DNA of 64,000 bases, taken from Candidatus Dormiibacterota bacterium. Lineage in GTDB: Bacteria > Chloroflexota > Dormibacteria > Dormibacterales > Dormibacteraceae. Location: the NCBI GenBank assembly GCA_036495195.1, contig DASXNH010000025.1, forward strand, positions 17,524 to 81,523. Direction: 5' to 3'. The position numbers and the translations under genes were made by a program. Below are positions 54,659 through 63,338 of this stretch, in pieces. The notes below the pieces were generated by a model. That model did not search any database, had not been told where the DNA came from, and worked only from the letters and a program-made list of their open reading frames with translations. The stretch's first letter is position 1. The number at the start of each line of letters is the position of its first letter.

Positions 54659-56200
54659 CTATAACTGGGCGGTCTCTTCGGGTGACGGCGTTATGCGGAG
54701 ATGACGCTGCGGCTCCTTGCCCGTGCTGCGGGCAGAGAGCTCGCTCTCGGAGACGAGCTGATGCTGCAGGCGGCGAAGGTATGCGTTCTGCGGTGAGATC
54801 TCGACTGGCCGCAAGGTCGTCTTCACAGCCTTGATCGCGGCGGCCGCCTCGGCCAGCGCCCTCGTGGTCGCGTCATCTTTCTTGTCGACGCCGTAGATGC
54901 GAGCGAGCGCGTCGCGGACTTGCGTGGCGGAGTTGCTCTTGAGAATGTGAATCGGCAAGCCTCGACTCTCCGCCTGGCGAAGGCTGTCCGGTCGGCGCCG
55001 GTAATGGTTCTTCAACGTGAGCACCGCGCTCGCTCCGTCGAGATTCCCGAGCACTCGCACAGGGAGCTCGAGGTCACGGATCGATTGCTCGACGTGATGC
55101 CGGCTTACGCCATAGGGAAAGATCCCAAGCGGCTTGGAAGCCGACGGGGCCGGTGGCTCGGGCGCCACGACGGCTGGGGCATCCACGTTTGAGATAACCC
55201 TGCCTTCGCGAGTCCGCATGCGAATCTTGGGACTCAGGAGCGGGCCTCGCAGGGCAGTGTCGACAACCTCTGCCAATGGCATGTGGATGGCGACGCGGTC
55301 GCGGTCCTGGATCTCGACCAAAACGTCGAAGGTCGGCGGTGCTTTGCGCTCGAGCACCGACTTCTGCGTCCCGCGGCGGCGGGCCTCCTCGTCGGAAAGC
55401 GTGACGCTCTGGATACCGCCGAGAAGGTCGTTCAGCGTCGGGTTGACGAGAAGGTTCTCGAGGGTCTGGCCGTGTGCGGTGGCGATCAGCTGAACGCCAC
55501 GCTCGGCGATCGTCCGCGCCGCGGCAGCCTCGAGCTCGGTGCCGATCTCGTCGATGACGATCACCTCGGGCATGTGGTTCTCGACGGCCTCGATCATCAC
55601 CGCGTGCTGAAGCATCGGGGTCTTCACCTGCATGCGCCGCGCGCGCCCGATTCCGGGGTGTGGGATGTCGCCGTCGCCGCCGATCTCGTTCGATGTGTCG
55701 ACGATCACGACGCGCTTTCGCAGCTCGTCGGCGAGCAATCTCGCGCACTCGCGAAGCATCGTGGTCTTGCCAATACCAGGACGTCCAAGCAGCAGGATGC
55801 TCTGGCCGCTGACCACGATGTCTCGAATGATCTCGCCCGTGCCGGTGACCGCGCGGCCGACGCGCATCGTCAGGCCGGTGATCCGACCGGAGCGGTTGCG
55901 AATGGCCGAAACGCGATGAAGAGTGCGCTCGATACCCGCCCTGTTGTCGTCCCCGAACTGCCCGACGTTGTGCGCGACATGTTCGAGGTCAGCCGCTGAG
56001 ACCGTGCGATCCGCGAGCAAGACTTCACGACCCGGCACGCGCGCTTCAGGCTCTCGACCGAGGTCGAGCACTATCTCCAGAAGCTCTGTCGGGTCGGTCC
56101 GCTCGTGAAGAGCGCGAGCCAGGTCCGTGGGCAATGCGCGTGCAAGTAGCTCGACCTCTTCGTCCCAGTTGGCGGCTCGCAGCGAAAGGTCGGATTTCAT
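54659..56200 (-). CDS. SpoIIIAA/Ycf45-like AAA ATPase with C-terminal R3H-type region
   Basis: ILLLGRPGIGKTTMLRE Walker A, VIVIDEIG Walker B, and IATAHG. Overall similarity to the ycf45 / stage III sporulation AA family. Confidence 0.85.
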   Translation of the reverse strand: MKSDLSLRAANWDEEVELLARALPTDLARALHERTDPTELLEIVLDLGREPEARVPGREVLLADRTVSAADLEHVAHNVGQFGDDNRAGIERTLHRVSAIRNRSGRITGLTMRVGRAVTGTGEIIRDIVVSGQSILLLGRPGIGKTTMLRECARLLADELRKRVVIVDTSNEIGGDGDIPHPGIGRARRMQVKTPMLQHAVMIEAVENHMPEVIVIDEIGTELEAAAARTIAERGVQLIATAHGQTLENLLVNPTLNDLLGGIQSVTLSDEEARRRGTQKSVLERKAPPTFDVLVEIQDRDRVAIHMPLAEVVDTALRGPLLSPKIRMRTREGRVISNVDAPAVVAPEPPAPSASKPLGIFPYGVSRHHVEQSIRDLELPVRVLGNLDGASAVLTLKNHYRRRPDSLRQAESRGLPIHILKSNSATQVRDALARIYGVDKKDDATTRALAEAAAAIKAVKTTLRPVEISPQNAYLRRLQHQLVSESELSARSTGKEPQRHLRITPSPEETAQL

Positions 56201-57168
56201 CCGAAAGAGGGCACCAGCCCCTTCTCGCGCACAGGCACCCGCACCGCCAGTTCCTTGACCAAGAGAAGCTGCGTCAACAACACGCTGAACCCACGCCCGC
56301 GGAGGGCGTCGATCATGTGGGAATCATAGTGGCGCAGGCTCGACCAGGCCGGCAGATCCGAGTCGCCCAGTAGCGACAGCCCGAGGTCGGCCAGCTCACC
56401 CGCCAGCGTCGAGTCCGGTGTGGCCATGAAACTGACGGTATTCGGCCGCGGCCCGCTGCTGCGCTCGGCCTTGACCCATCCCACCAGCTCCACCTGGTCG
56501 ATGACCATCTCCTGCTTCTCCGAACCGCGCGCGGCAAGGCGGCCCGCGGTCCACTCACCATGCAGGGCCCTCCACTCCCGATACGTCGGGGCCTCGAGCT
56601 GCGACACCCCTTGCGGGGTCACCTTCCTGTAGAGCTGATACAGGAGCCGGTGGTCGCCGCGTCGCATGGGCCGCGCTCCATCCGGAAAACGGTCCGAACG
56701 CATGACCGGCTTGTCGGCGTAGACGACGACCTCGGTGGCGAACTGCCGGAACCCGTGAAGCCTGAACACGGCGAGCAGCGGGTCGCGTTCGGGAAGACGG
56801 ACGAACACTCTTCGTGCGCCTCTTTCCAGCGCCTGGTTGCTGAGGTGTTCCACGAGCGCGCGGGCCACCTCATCTGTATCCGCCCCTTCGGCCACTTCCA
56901 GGTTGAGCACCTGCAGAACCGTCGCCCGTGGCAGATCGAGGCCAAGGGGCTGCCCCGAGGCCTGGATGAAGCCGACGACCTTGCCGCCATCCTCAGCGAC
57001 GTAGATCAGCGTCTCCTGCGAAAGCGGTAGCAGCGCCGAGAGGGTGGCGCTGAGGACCGTCCAGAGCCTGGCGGCCGGTGGAGCCGCCTCGGTCAATCGC
57101 GTATCCGAAGACCTGTGCAGCTCTTCGATGCGGGCAAGATCCAACAGGCCGGCCGTGCGGATCTTCAT
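56197..57168 (-). CDS. GNAT-like N-acetyltransferase, apparently two tandem acyl-CoA N-acyltransferase-like halves
   Basis: 323 aa. The first half has the GNAT-like VGFIQ...RGARRVFVRL pattern. The second half is more divergent. It overlaps both neighbours by 4 nt. Confidence 0.6.
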   Translation of the reverse strand: MKIRTAGLLDLARIEELHRSSDTRLTEAAPPAARLWTVLSATLSALLPLSQETLIYVAEDGGKVVGFIQASGQPLGLDLPRATVLQVLNLEVAEGADTDEVARALVEHLSNQALERGARRVFVRLPERDPLLAVFRLHGFRQFATEVVVYADKPVMRSDRFPDGARPMRRGDHRLLYQLYRKVTPQGVSQLEAPTYREWRALHGEWTAGRLAARGSEKQEMVIDQVELVGWVKAERSSGPRPNTVSFMATPDSTLAGELADLGLSLLGDSDLPAWSSLRHYDSHMIDALRGRGFSVLLTQLLLVKELAVRVPVREKGLVPSFG

Positions 57169-57737
57169 GATCCGGCCGCCACCTTCAGGAACTGCCGGTG
57201 GAGACGAAGGTCCTTGGTCAGCTCCGGGTGAAAGCAGAGCGCTGTGATCTTGTCCTGCCGGACGGCGACTGCATGGCCTTCGTGAGTTGCGATCACCTCG
57301 ACGTTGCCGGTGGACTCGACCAATGGAGAGCGAATGAAAACGGCGGGAAAGGCTTTGCCTTCCAGGCCAGAGACCTCGATGTCCGCCTCGAAGCTATCCA
57401 CCTGCCGGCCATATCCATTGCGCCGAACGGAGATGTCAAGCAGACCGAGACCTGCTTGGTCGTGCATCCCGTCAGTCACCTCGCGGGCAAGCACGATCAT
57501 GCCCGCGCACGTCGCCAGGGTTGGCAGACCGTCTTCGATCGCGCCGCGGAGCGGGCCCAAAAGGCCAACGCGCTCCATGAGCATCGTCATCGTCGTGCTC
57601 TCCCCTCCTGGCAGGACGACGCCGTCGAGCCCGACGAGGTCCTCGGCCGATCGCACGATCCGGGTCTTCGCCCCCGAAGCCTCGAGGGCACTGACGTGCT
57701 CGGCAAACGCGCCCTGGATGGCAAGGACCCCGATCAA
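57165..57737 (-). CDS. pdxT: pyridoxal 5'-phosphate synthase glutaminase subunit
   Basis: From TTG 57737: (M)IGVLAIQGAFAEH, LPGGESTT, and TCAG catalytic Cys. The longer tracked ORF would overlap pdxS. Confidence 0.9.
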   Translation of the reverse strand: MIGVLAIQGAFAEHVSALEASGAKTRIVRSAEDLVGLDGVVLPGGESTTMTMLMERVGLLGPLRGAIEDGLPTLATCAGMIVLAREVTDGMHDQAGLGLLDISVRRNGYGRQVDSFEADIEVSGLEGKAFPAVFIRSPLVESTGNVEVIATHEGHAVAVRQDKITALCFHPELTKDLRLHRQFLKVAAGS

Positions 57738-57825
57738 GGGTCGGCCCTCCCTACGCCTCGCGTGGGGAGGTCCATTCTTTTGGGGCCCCCGCGCCGATGG
57801 CGTGGGAGTCGTACTGGGAAGGGGA

Positions 57826-58740
57826 CTACCAGCCTCTGGCAGCGAGCAGCTCTTCCTTCGGGATGGCGGGAATCTCGAGTCCACGCATCGCCTTCCCCAA
57901 GCCGGCTGAAACTTCGGCCAGCACTTCCGGCTTGTCGAAGTAGGTGGTCGCGGCAACTATCGCCTTGGCCATCTTCAACGGTTCATCCGACTTGAAGATG
58001 CCCGAGCCGACGAAAACGCCATCGACCCCGAGCTGCATCATCAAGGCGGCGTCGGCCGGCGTTGCAATTCCGCCGGCGGCGAAGTTGACGACAGGCAGGC
58101 GGCCCAGCTTCTGGCATTCCAGCAGAAGCTCCAGGGGCGCGCCGATGAGCTTGGACTCGTGGACGAGCTCGGCTTTGTTCATGCCCTGCAGCCGGCGGAT
58201 GCCGGCATTCACCGCACGTGCATGGCGGACCGCCTCGACGACGTTGCCAGTCCCGGCTTCGCCCTTGGTCCGGATCATCGCGGCGCCTTCCGCGATTCGG
58301 CGCAGGGCCTCCCCGAGGTCGCGGCAACCGCAGACGAAGGGAACCTTGAACGGGTGCTTGTCGATGTGGAACTCCTCGTCCGCCGGGGTGAGCACCTCGG
58401 ATTCGTCGATATAGTCGATACCGAGCTCCTCGAGGATCTGCGCCTCGACGAAGTGCCCGATCCGGCATTTCGCCATCACTGGGATCGTGACCGCCTCCAT
58501 GATCGATCGGATCAGCGTCGGGTCGGACATCCGGGCAACGCCGCCTTCCTTCCGAATGTCGGCCGGGACACGCTCCAGGGCCATGACGGCGCATGCGCCC
58601 GAGTCTTGGGCGATCTTGGCGTGCTCGGCCGTGACAACGTCCATGATCACGCCGCCCTTGAGCATCTGCGCAAGGCCTGATTTGACCTTAAAGGACCCCT
58701 TCACAGCCTTGTGCCCATTCGAACCGTTGCGCTCGGCCAT
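57826..58740 (-). CDS. pdxS: pyridoxal 5'-phosphate synthase lyase subunit
   Basis: Highly conserved PdxS sequence ([59 protein letters not shown]). Confidence 0.95.
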   Translation of the reverse strand: MAERNGSNGHKAVKGSFKVKSGLAQMLKGGVIMDVVTAEHAKIAQDSGACAVMALERVPADIRKEGGVARMSDPTLIRSIMEAVTIPVMAKCRIGHFVEAQILEELGIDYIDESEVLTPADEEFHIDKHPFKVPFVCGCRDLGEALRRIAEGAAMIRTKGEAGTGNVVEAVRHARAVNAGIRRLQGMNKAELVHESKLIGAPLELLLECQKLGRLPVVNFAAGGIATPADAALMMQLGVDGVFVGSGIFKSDEPLKMAKAIVAATTYFDKPEVLAEVSAGLGKAMRGLEIPAIPKEELLAARGW

Positions 58741-58840
58741 ACGAGGATTCTACGCGCGGCTCCTCCCCACTTAGATTGAGCTGGGCCGGGAGTGGCGCGA
58801 GACCAGGCATTGGCCCTGGCGACGACTGCCGAAGGCGACC

Positions 58841-59401
58841 CTAGAGCCTTTCGAGCACGAGCGTTCGTTTCGAGGCGTATTCGTTGTCGGAGAGCAGCCC
58901 ATCCCTGTGCAGGCGGGTGAGCATGTCCATCTCCTCGAGCACATCCAGCAGCGGGGCCATGGTGCGCCGCGCGAGGTAGGCCTCGGACGCAGTGCCCGCC
59001 TCCTCCCCCCTGGCGTCGAACTCCCGGATGAAGAAGAGCGCCTTGACCGCCGAGAAGGGGATCCCGAGCTTGCGCACCGGGCTGTCCGTCTGCTCGGCGT
59101 GCAGGTGCAGAACGACGCCGTACCGGTGCCGCTCGAGAGTGCCGTCCAGGTGGCCCCGCAGGACCTCCCCGTCAAGGAACCTGATAGCAACCTTGCGGGT
59201 GGGCGTCTCCGACGCCAGGTCTGGGTCGCGCGCCAGCTCGACCCACTTCACGGCGGTCAGCGGGATCCAGGCGGTCTCGTTGTTGTCCAGGCCGCCGGCG
59301 TCGTCAACCTCAACCAGGAAGTCGGGCTCGTCGAAATCGAGGTCGCGTGCGACCCCTTCCAGAGTCTCGTCGTCAAAAAACCGGACGACTACCTTGGCCA
59401 T
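58841..59401 (-). CDS. hypothetical protein: duplicated beta-rich N-terminal module plus C-terminal SHOCT-like motif
   Basis: 186 aa. VVRFFDDETLEGV...IPLTAVKWVEL is repeated as VAIRFLDGEVLRGH...IPFSAVKALFFI. The C-terminus LHRDGLLSDNEYASKRTLVLERL resembles SHOCT. Confidence 0.65.
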   Translation of the reverse strand: MAKVVVRFFDDETLEGVARDLDFDEPDFLVEVDDAGGLDNNETAWIPLTAVKWVELARDPDLASETPTRKVAIRFLDGEVLRGHLDGTLERHRYGVVLHLHAEQTDSPVRKLGIPFSAVKALFFIREFDARGEEAGTASEAYLARRTMAPLLDVLEEMDMLTRLHRDGLLSDNEYASKRTLVLERL

Positions 59402-59423
59402 GCCACTACTACTCTACTAACCC

Positions 59424-60191
59424 TCATTTGACTGGACTCCTGCGAACGAGGCGCCGACCCACCTTTCTGGCGCACTTGACGCACACCGCCAAATGCATCC
59501 GAACCGCCTCCGCCTGAGACCGCCTGAGCTTGCCCGCGAGGTACGGGGCCAGGAGCGGCACCGCCTCTTCGTGGGTCAGCGCACCCTCCCCTTCGGCCGA
59601 TATGAACTCCTCCTTGAACCGCAGACGGGCCCGGTAGAGCAACGTCTCAACGGCGCTCTCTGACATCTTGAGGGACCTGGCGATCTGGCGATAGCTCAGA
59701 TCCTGCAGCTCGCGCAATGTCAGCACCAGGCGGTACTTCTCAGGAAGTCGTTGGGAAACGGCCCAGACCTGGCGCCGCATCTCATTCGATTCCTGCACCT
59801 GAACCGGGTCGAAGCTGCGAGCTGTGGACGGAAGACTCGCCAGGAGGTCCGCGTCGTCTTCGTCGCCGCTGTCCGCCCTGAGGTCTCGCTGGCGGCGCCT
59901 CAGCTCGTCGAAGCAGAGGTTTCGAGCCACCGTGTGCACCCAGCCGCCAAAATTGAACGTGTCGTCGACGCGGTCCATCATCCGGAGCGCCTTCATGAAG
60001 GTCTCCTGGGCTATGTCCTCAGCCAGCAGGGCATCACCAAGCTTTCGTCGTACCAGCCGGTATATGGAAGCGACATACCGTCGGTGCAGCTCCTCGAAGG
60101 CATGGATGTCGCCGCTGCGATAGGCCCTGACCAGATCGACGTCCGAGGGCTCCATGCCCACCTTGGACGTGATCTCAGCGTCGTCGGTCAC
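59424..60191 (-). CDS. ECF (sigma-70 family) RNA polymerase sigma factor with C-terminal HxxxCxxC extension
   Basis: Sigma-2 (DIAQETF, GWVHTVARN) and sigma-4 (LTLRELQDLSYRQIARSLKMSESAVETLLYRAR) regions. About 58 extra residues follow and end in MHLAVCVKC. Confidence 0.9.
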   Translation of the reverse strand: MTDDAEITSKVGMEPSDVDLVRAYRSGDIHAFEELHRRYVASIYRLVRRKLGDALLAEDIAQETFMKALRMMDRVDDTFNFGGWVHTVARNLCFDELRRRQRDLRADSGDEDDADLLASLPSTARSFDPVQVQESNEMRRQVWAVSQRLPEKYRLVLTLRELQDLSYRQIARSLKMSESAVETLLYRARLRFKEEFISAEGEGALTHEEAVPLLAPYLAGKLRRSQAEAVRMHLAVCVKCARKVGRRLVRRSPVK

Positions 60192-61323
60192 TCTCTGGTC
60201 TCAACAGCTCTCTAACGGCAAGGGCGGCCGCACGGGTCAATGCAGGTCTGGCGTGGTGCATAAGGTCCTGCAGATTGTCGCCCTCTTGCGCGAGTGTTGT
60301 TACCGAGCTAAAGCCCTTTGTGAGCAGCACCTCCCAGCCGGTCCCCTTCGTCCCAGCCAGGAGAACCGTGGGGACTCCGGCGGCCTGGGCACGGCGCGCC
60401 ACCTCGCCTGGCGCCTTGCCGTAGGCGGTCTGGTTGTCGGCCCGACCCTCGCCGGTGATCACGAGCTGGGCCCCAGGCAGCGCTTGATCGAAGCCGCTTG
60501 CATCCACCACGAGGGCCGCCCCGGAAACCAGCTTGGCGTCAAGGAAGGCCATCAGGCCGGCGCCCGTACCGCCCGCGGCGCCGGCTCCAGGGATGTCACT
60601 CACGCGCTTGCCGTACTGGCGCTCGATGACTTCGGCAAGGTGCCCGAGCGCCCGGTCGAGCAATCTGACGGTCACCGGGTCGGCGCCCTTCTGCGGCCCG
60701 TATACGGCGCTGGCGCCTTCGGGGCCGGTAAGCGGGTTGGTCACGTCACACGCCACCCTTACCTGCACCGATCGCCAGCCGGGATCGAGCCTGGACTCGT
60801 CGATGCGTTCGAGGCGCAGCAGCGCCGCCCCACCGCGTGGAAGGTCGGCCGCCGCCGCGTCAAGGAATCGGTAGCCAAGCGCTTGGGCCATCCCGACGCC
60901 ACCGTCGTTGGTGGCGGAGCTCCCGATCCCGGCGATGATCGATTTCGCCCCCGACTTCCTCGCCGCCTCGAGCAGCTGGCCGAAGCCGTAGGTGGAGGTC
61001 TTGCGAGGATCCCGCCTGTCAGGCGACACCAGCACGTAGCCGCTGGCCGAGGCCAGCTCGGCCACCGCTGTCCTGCCGCCGTCGATCAGGCCGTACGACG
61101 CCAGCACCGGATCCCCAAGTGGGCCCTCGACGTTGACCCACTCGTAAGTTCCACGTTTGGCCGAGACCAGCGCCTCGACAGTGCCTTCGCCCCCGTCCGC
61201 GATTGGGATCTCCACCACGTCGGCGTCCGGGAACTCCTCACGCACACCGCGCGCGATTGCCTTCGCCGCCTGCGTCGCGGACAGGCTGCCTTTGAAGGAG
61301 TTGGGCGCGACGATGATTTTCAT
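60175..61323 (-). CDS. glxK: glycerate kinase
   Basis: From ATG 61323: MKIIVAPNSFKGSLSA, ADGGEGT, and ITGEGR.D.QT..GK motifs. Confidence 0.9.
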   Translation of the reverse strand: MKIIVAPNSFKGSLSATQAAKAIARGVREEFPDADVVEIPIADGGEGTVEALVSAKRGTYEWVNVEGPLGDPVLASYGLIDGGRTAVAELASASGYVLVSPDRRDPRKTSTYGFGQLLEAARKSGAKSIIAGIGSSATNDGGVGMAQALGYRFLDAAAADLPRGGAALLRLERIDESRLDPGWRSVQVRVACDVTNPLTGPEGASAVYGPQKGADPVTVRLLDRALGHLAEVIERQYGKRVSDIPGAGAAGGTGAGLMAFLDAKLVSGAALVVDASGFDQALPGAQLVITGEGRADNQTAYGKAPGEVARRAQAAGVPTVLLAGTKGTGWEVLLTKGFSSVTTLAQEGDNLQDLMHHARPALTRAAALAVRELLRPESDRRR

Positions 61324-61345
61324 CCAGGCTTTAGGTCCCGGACAA

Positions 61346-62311
61346 CTAGTAGACGGGGATCGTCCAGTCCTTGTATTTGGGCGTGTCACCCCGAACCGCG
61401 CCGAAATAGATGTTCTGTAGCTCCTGGGTGAACTCACCGACCTTCCCGTTGCCGACGGTTCTGCGGTCAACCTCGATGACCGGGGCGACCTGCGCGCCCG
61501 TGCCGCACAGCAGCAGCTCGTCGCAGGTGTACAGCTCCGTCCTGTCGATGCTCCTTTCGATGACGGGCAGACCCAGCTCGTCTCTGATCAGACCGATGAT
61601 CAAAGTCCGTGTGATGCCTTCGAGGATGTCGTCGGAAACCGGCGGCGTGAAGACGGTTCCGTCTTTGATCATGAACAGGTTCTCGGCCGAGCCTTCGGAA
61701 ACGTGGCCGTCCACCGTGAGCACTATCGCCTCGTCAAAGCCGGCCTCGTTGGCCTCGGATTTCGCGAGCGCCGACTGTGCGTATGAGCCGGTGACCTTGG
61801 CGCGGGCAGGGAGCGATTGGTCGGGCACGCGCCGCCAGGTGCTGACCATGCAGCGGAGGCCGTCCGCAATCTCGACGTAGTTGCCGAACGGAATCGCGTA
61901 GATGAGGAAGCTCTGCTCGATGTTGTGGAGGCGAACGCCAATCTCCTCGCTGGAGGTGAACAGAAGCGGCCGTATGTAAACGTCTGACTTGAATTGGTTC
62001 CGGCGCAGAACCTCGAGGGTGATGTTGACCAGCTCCTCGGTCGAGTGCGGAAGTTTGAAACGCATCACGTTCGCGGAACGGCGCATACGATCGAAATGCG
62101 CAGCGCCCTCAAGGAGGAAGAGTTGCTCTTGCTTTACGTTCCAGTAGGCCCGAATGCCCTCGAACACCCCCGTGCCGTAGTGGAGGGCGTGGGTCATCAG
62201 CCCGAGCTTGACGTCGTGGTAGCGGCCGTACTCGCCGTCGTAGTAGACCCAAGTGTTCGGATGGACCGCAGGTTTCCTGGAAGCCGCCTTCGATTTCGTC
62301 TCCACGCTCAT
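61346..62311 (-). CDS. ilvE: branched-chain amino acid aminotransferase
   Basis: From ATG 62311: YGTGVFEGIRAY, EGSAENLF and GITR motifs. The longer tracked ORF N-terminus is non-protein-like. Confidence 0.9.
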   Translation of the reverse strand: MSVETKSKAASRKPAVHPNTWVYYDGEYGRYHDVKLGLMTHALHYGTGVFEGIRAYWNVKQEQLFLLEGAAHFDRMRRSANVMRFKLPHSTEELVNITLEVLRRNQFKSDVYIRPLLFTSSEEIGVRLHNIEQSFLIYAIPFGNYVEIADGLRCMVSTWRRVPDQSLPARAKVTGSYAQSALAKSEANEAGFDEAIVLTVDGHVSEGSAENLFMIKDGTVFTPPVSDDILEGITRTLIIGLIRDELGLPVIERSIDRTELYTCDELLLCGTGAQVAPVIEVDRRTVGNGKVGEFTQELQNIYFGAVRGDTPKYKDWTIPVY

Positions 62312-62399
62312 CTCAGCCTTAGTGTAAGTCGCCCCCGGGCAGGGCACATCACACACGAGATGGGGGCTCGCCTTCGGTGCAACATGCCCCATTTCTGTT

Positions 62400-62789
62400 A
62401 TGAATCGGGGCGTGACGCTGTACGGGATCGTGGCCGACCTCCGGCGGGAGCATCCGACACCTGCCGCGATGCAGACGCTGGACATGGTGGTGGCCGAGCT
62501 CGGGCGCACCCGCGACAACCTCAAAGAGGCGGTTGAGAACCTCAGCACCAAGCCCCTGCCACCCGGTGGCAAGGAGATCCTGGACGAGCTGGTCCTGCGG
62601 GCCCGCCAGGCTGAGGTCTACGACCTCGACTACGGAGCGGATCCGTACGACCGGCCGCCGGCGGAGGCCCTTGACGAAGGAACTCTCGGTATCGGGATCC
62701 TTCTGGGCGTGACCTCGCTGATTGGCGTCGTGCTGGCGGCGCTGGCGGTCTATCTCGGGATCAACGCGATCATGAATACGCCGAGCTAG
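62400..62789 (+). CDS. hypothetical protein with C-terminal TM anchor
   Basis: 129 aa with strong G/C third-position bias and a C-terminal helix (GIGILLGVTSLIGVVLAALAVYLGI). No family recognised. Confidence 0.55.
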   Translation: MNRGVTLYGIVADLRREHPTPAAMQTLDMVVAELGRTRDNLKEAVENLSTKPLPPGGKEILDELVLRARQAEVYDLDYGADPYDRPPAEALDEGTLGIGILLGVTSLIGVVLAALAVYLGINAIMNTPS

Positions 62790-62799
62790 GCGTACCCCA

Positions 62800-63291
62800 G
62801 TGGCCGAGTTCTCATTTGACGTCGTCTCGGAATTTGACGCGGTTGAGCTGACCAATGCGCTCGACCAGGCTCGCCGCGAGGTCAGCACGCGATACGACTT
62901 CAAGGACACCGGCACGATCTACGATCAGACCGACCAGAAAATCCTCATCGAGTCAGCCAGCGAGGACCGCGCGAAGGCGGCCCTTCAGGTGCTTCGCGAG
63001 AAAGCCGCACGGCGCCAGCTTTCGCCAAAGCTGTTCAAGCCGAGCGAGCCGAGGAGCGTCGGTAAGGGTCGCGGCCAGATCGACGTCCTGCTCAACGCAG
63101 GCATCACCGATGAAATCGCGAAGGACCTCCGAAAAAGGATTCAGAACGCCACGCCCAAGGTCCAGGTGCGCATCCAGGGCGACCAGCTGCGCGTCGTCAG
63201 CAAAGACAAGGACACTCTTCAGCTGGTGATCAAGACGCTCCGTGAGGCGGAGGACATCCCGGTCCCGCTGCAGTTCACGAACTACCGCTAG
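62800..63291 (+). CDS. yajQ: YajQ family (UPF0234) nucleotide / cyclic-di-GMP-binding protein
   Basis: (M)AEFSFDVVSEFD..EL.NA.DQA.REV..RYDFK is the typical YajQ N-terminus. 163 aa. GTG start. Confidence 0.9.
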   Translation: MAEFSFDVVSEFDAVELTNALDQARREVSTRYDFKDTGTIYDQTDQKILIESASEDRAKAALQVLREKAARRQLSPKLFKPSEPRSVGKGRGQIDVLLNAGITDEIAKDLRKRIQNATPKVQVRIQGDQLRVVSKDKDTLQLVIKTLREAEDIPVPLQFTNYR

Positions 63292-63338
63292 AAGTCCCGA
63301 AGCTCGCACCCCCGGCCGTTGAGGGCAACATTAGGACT

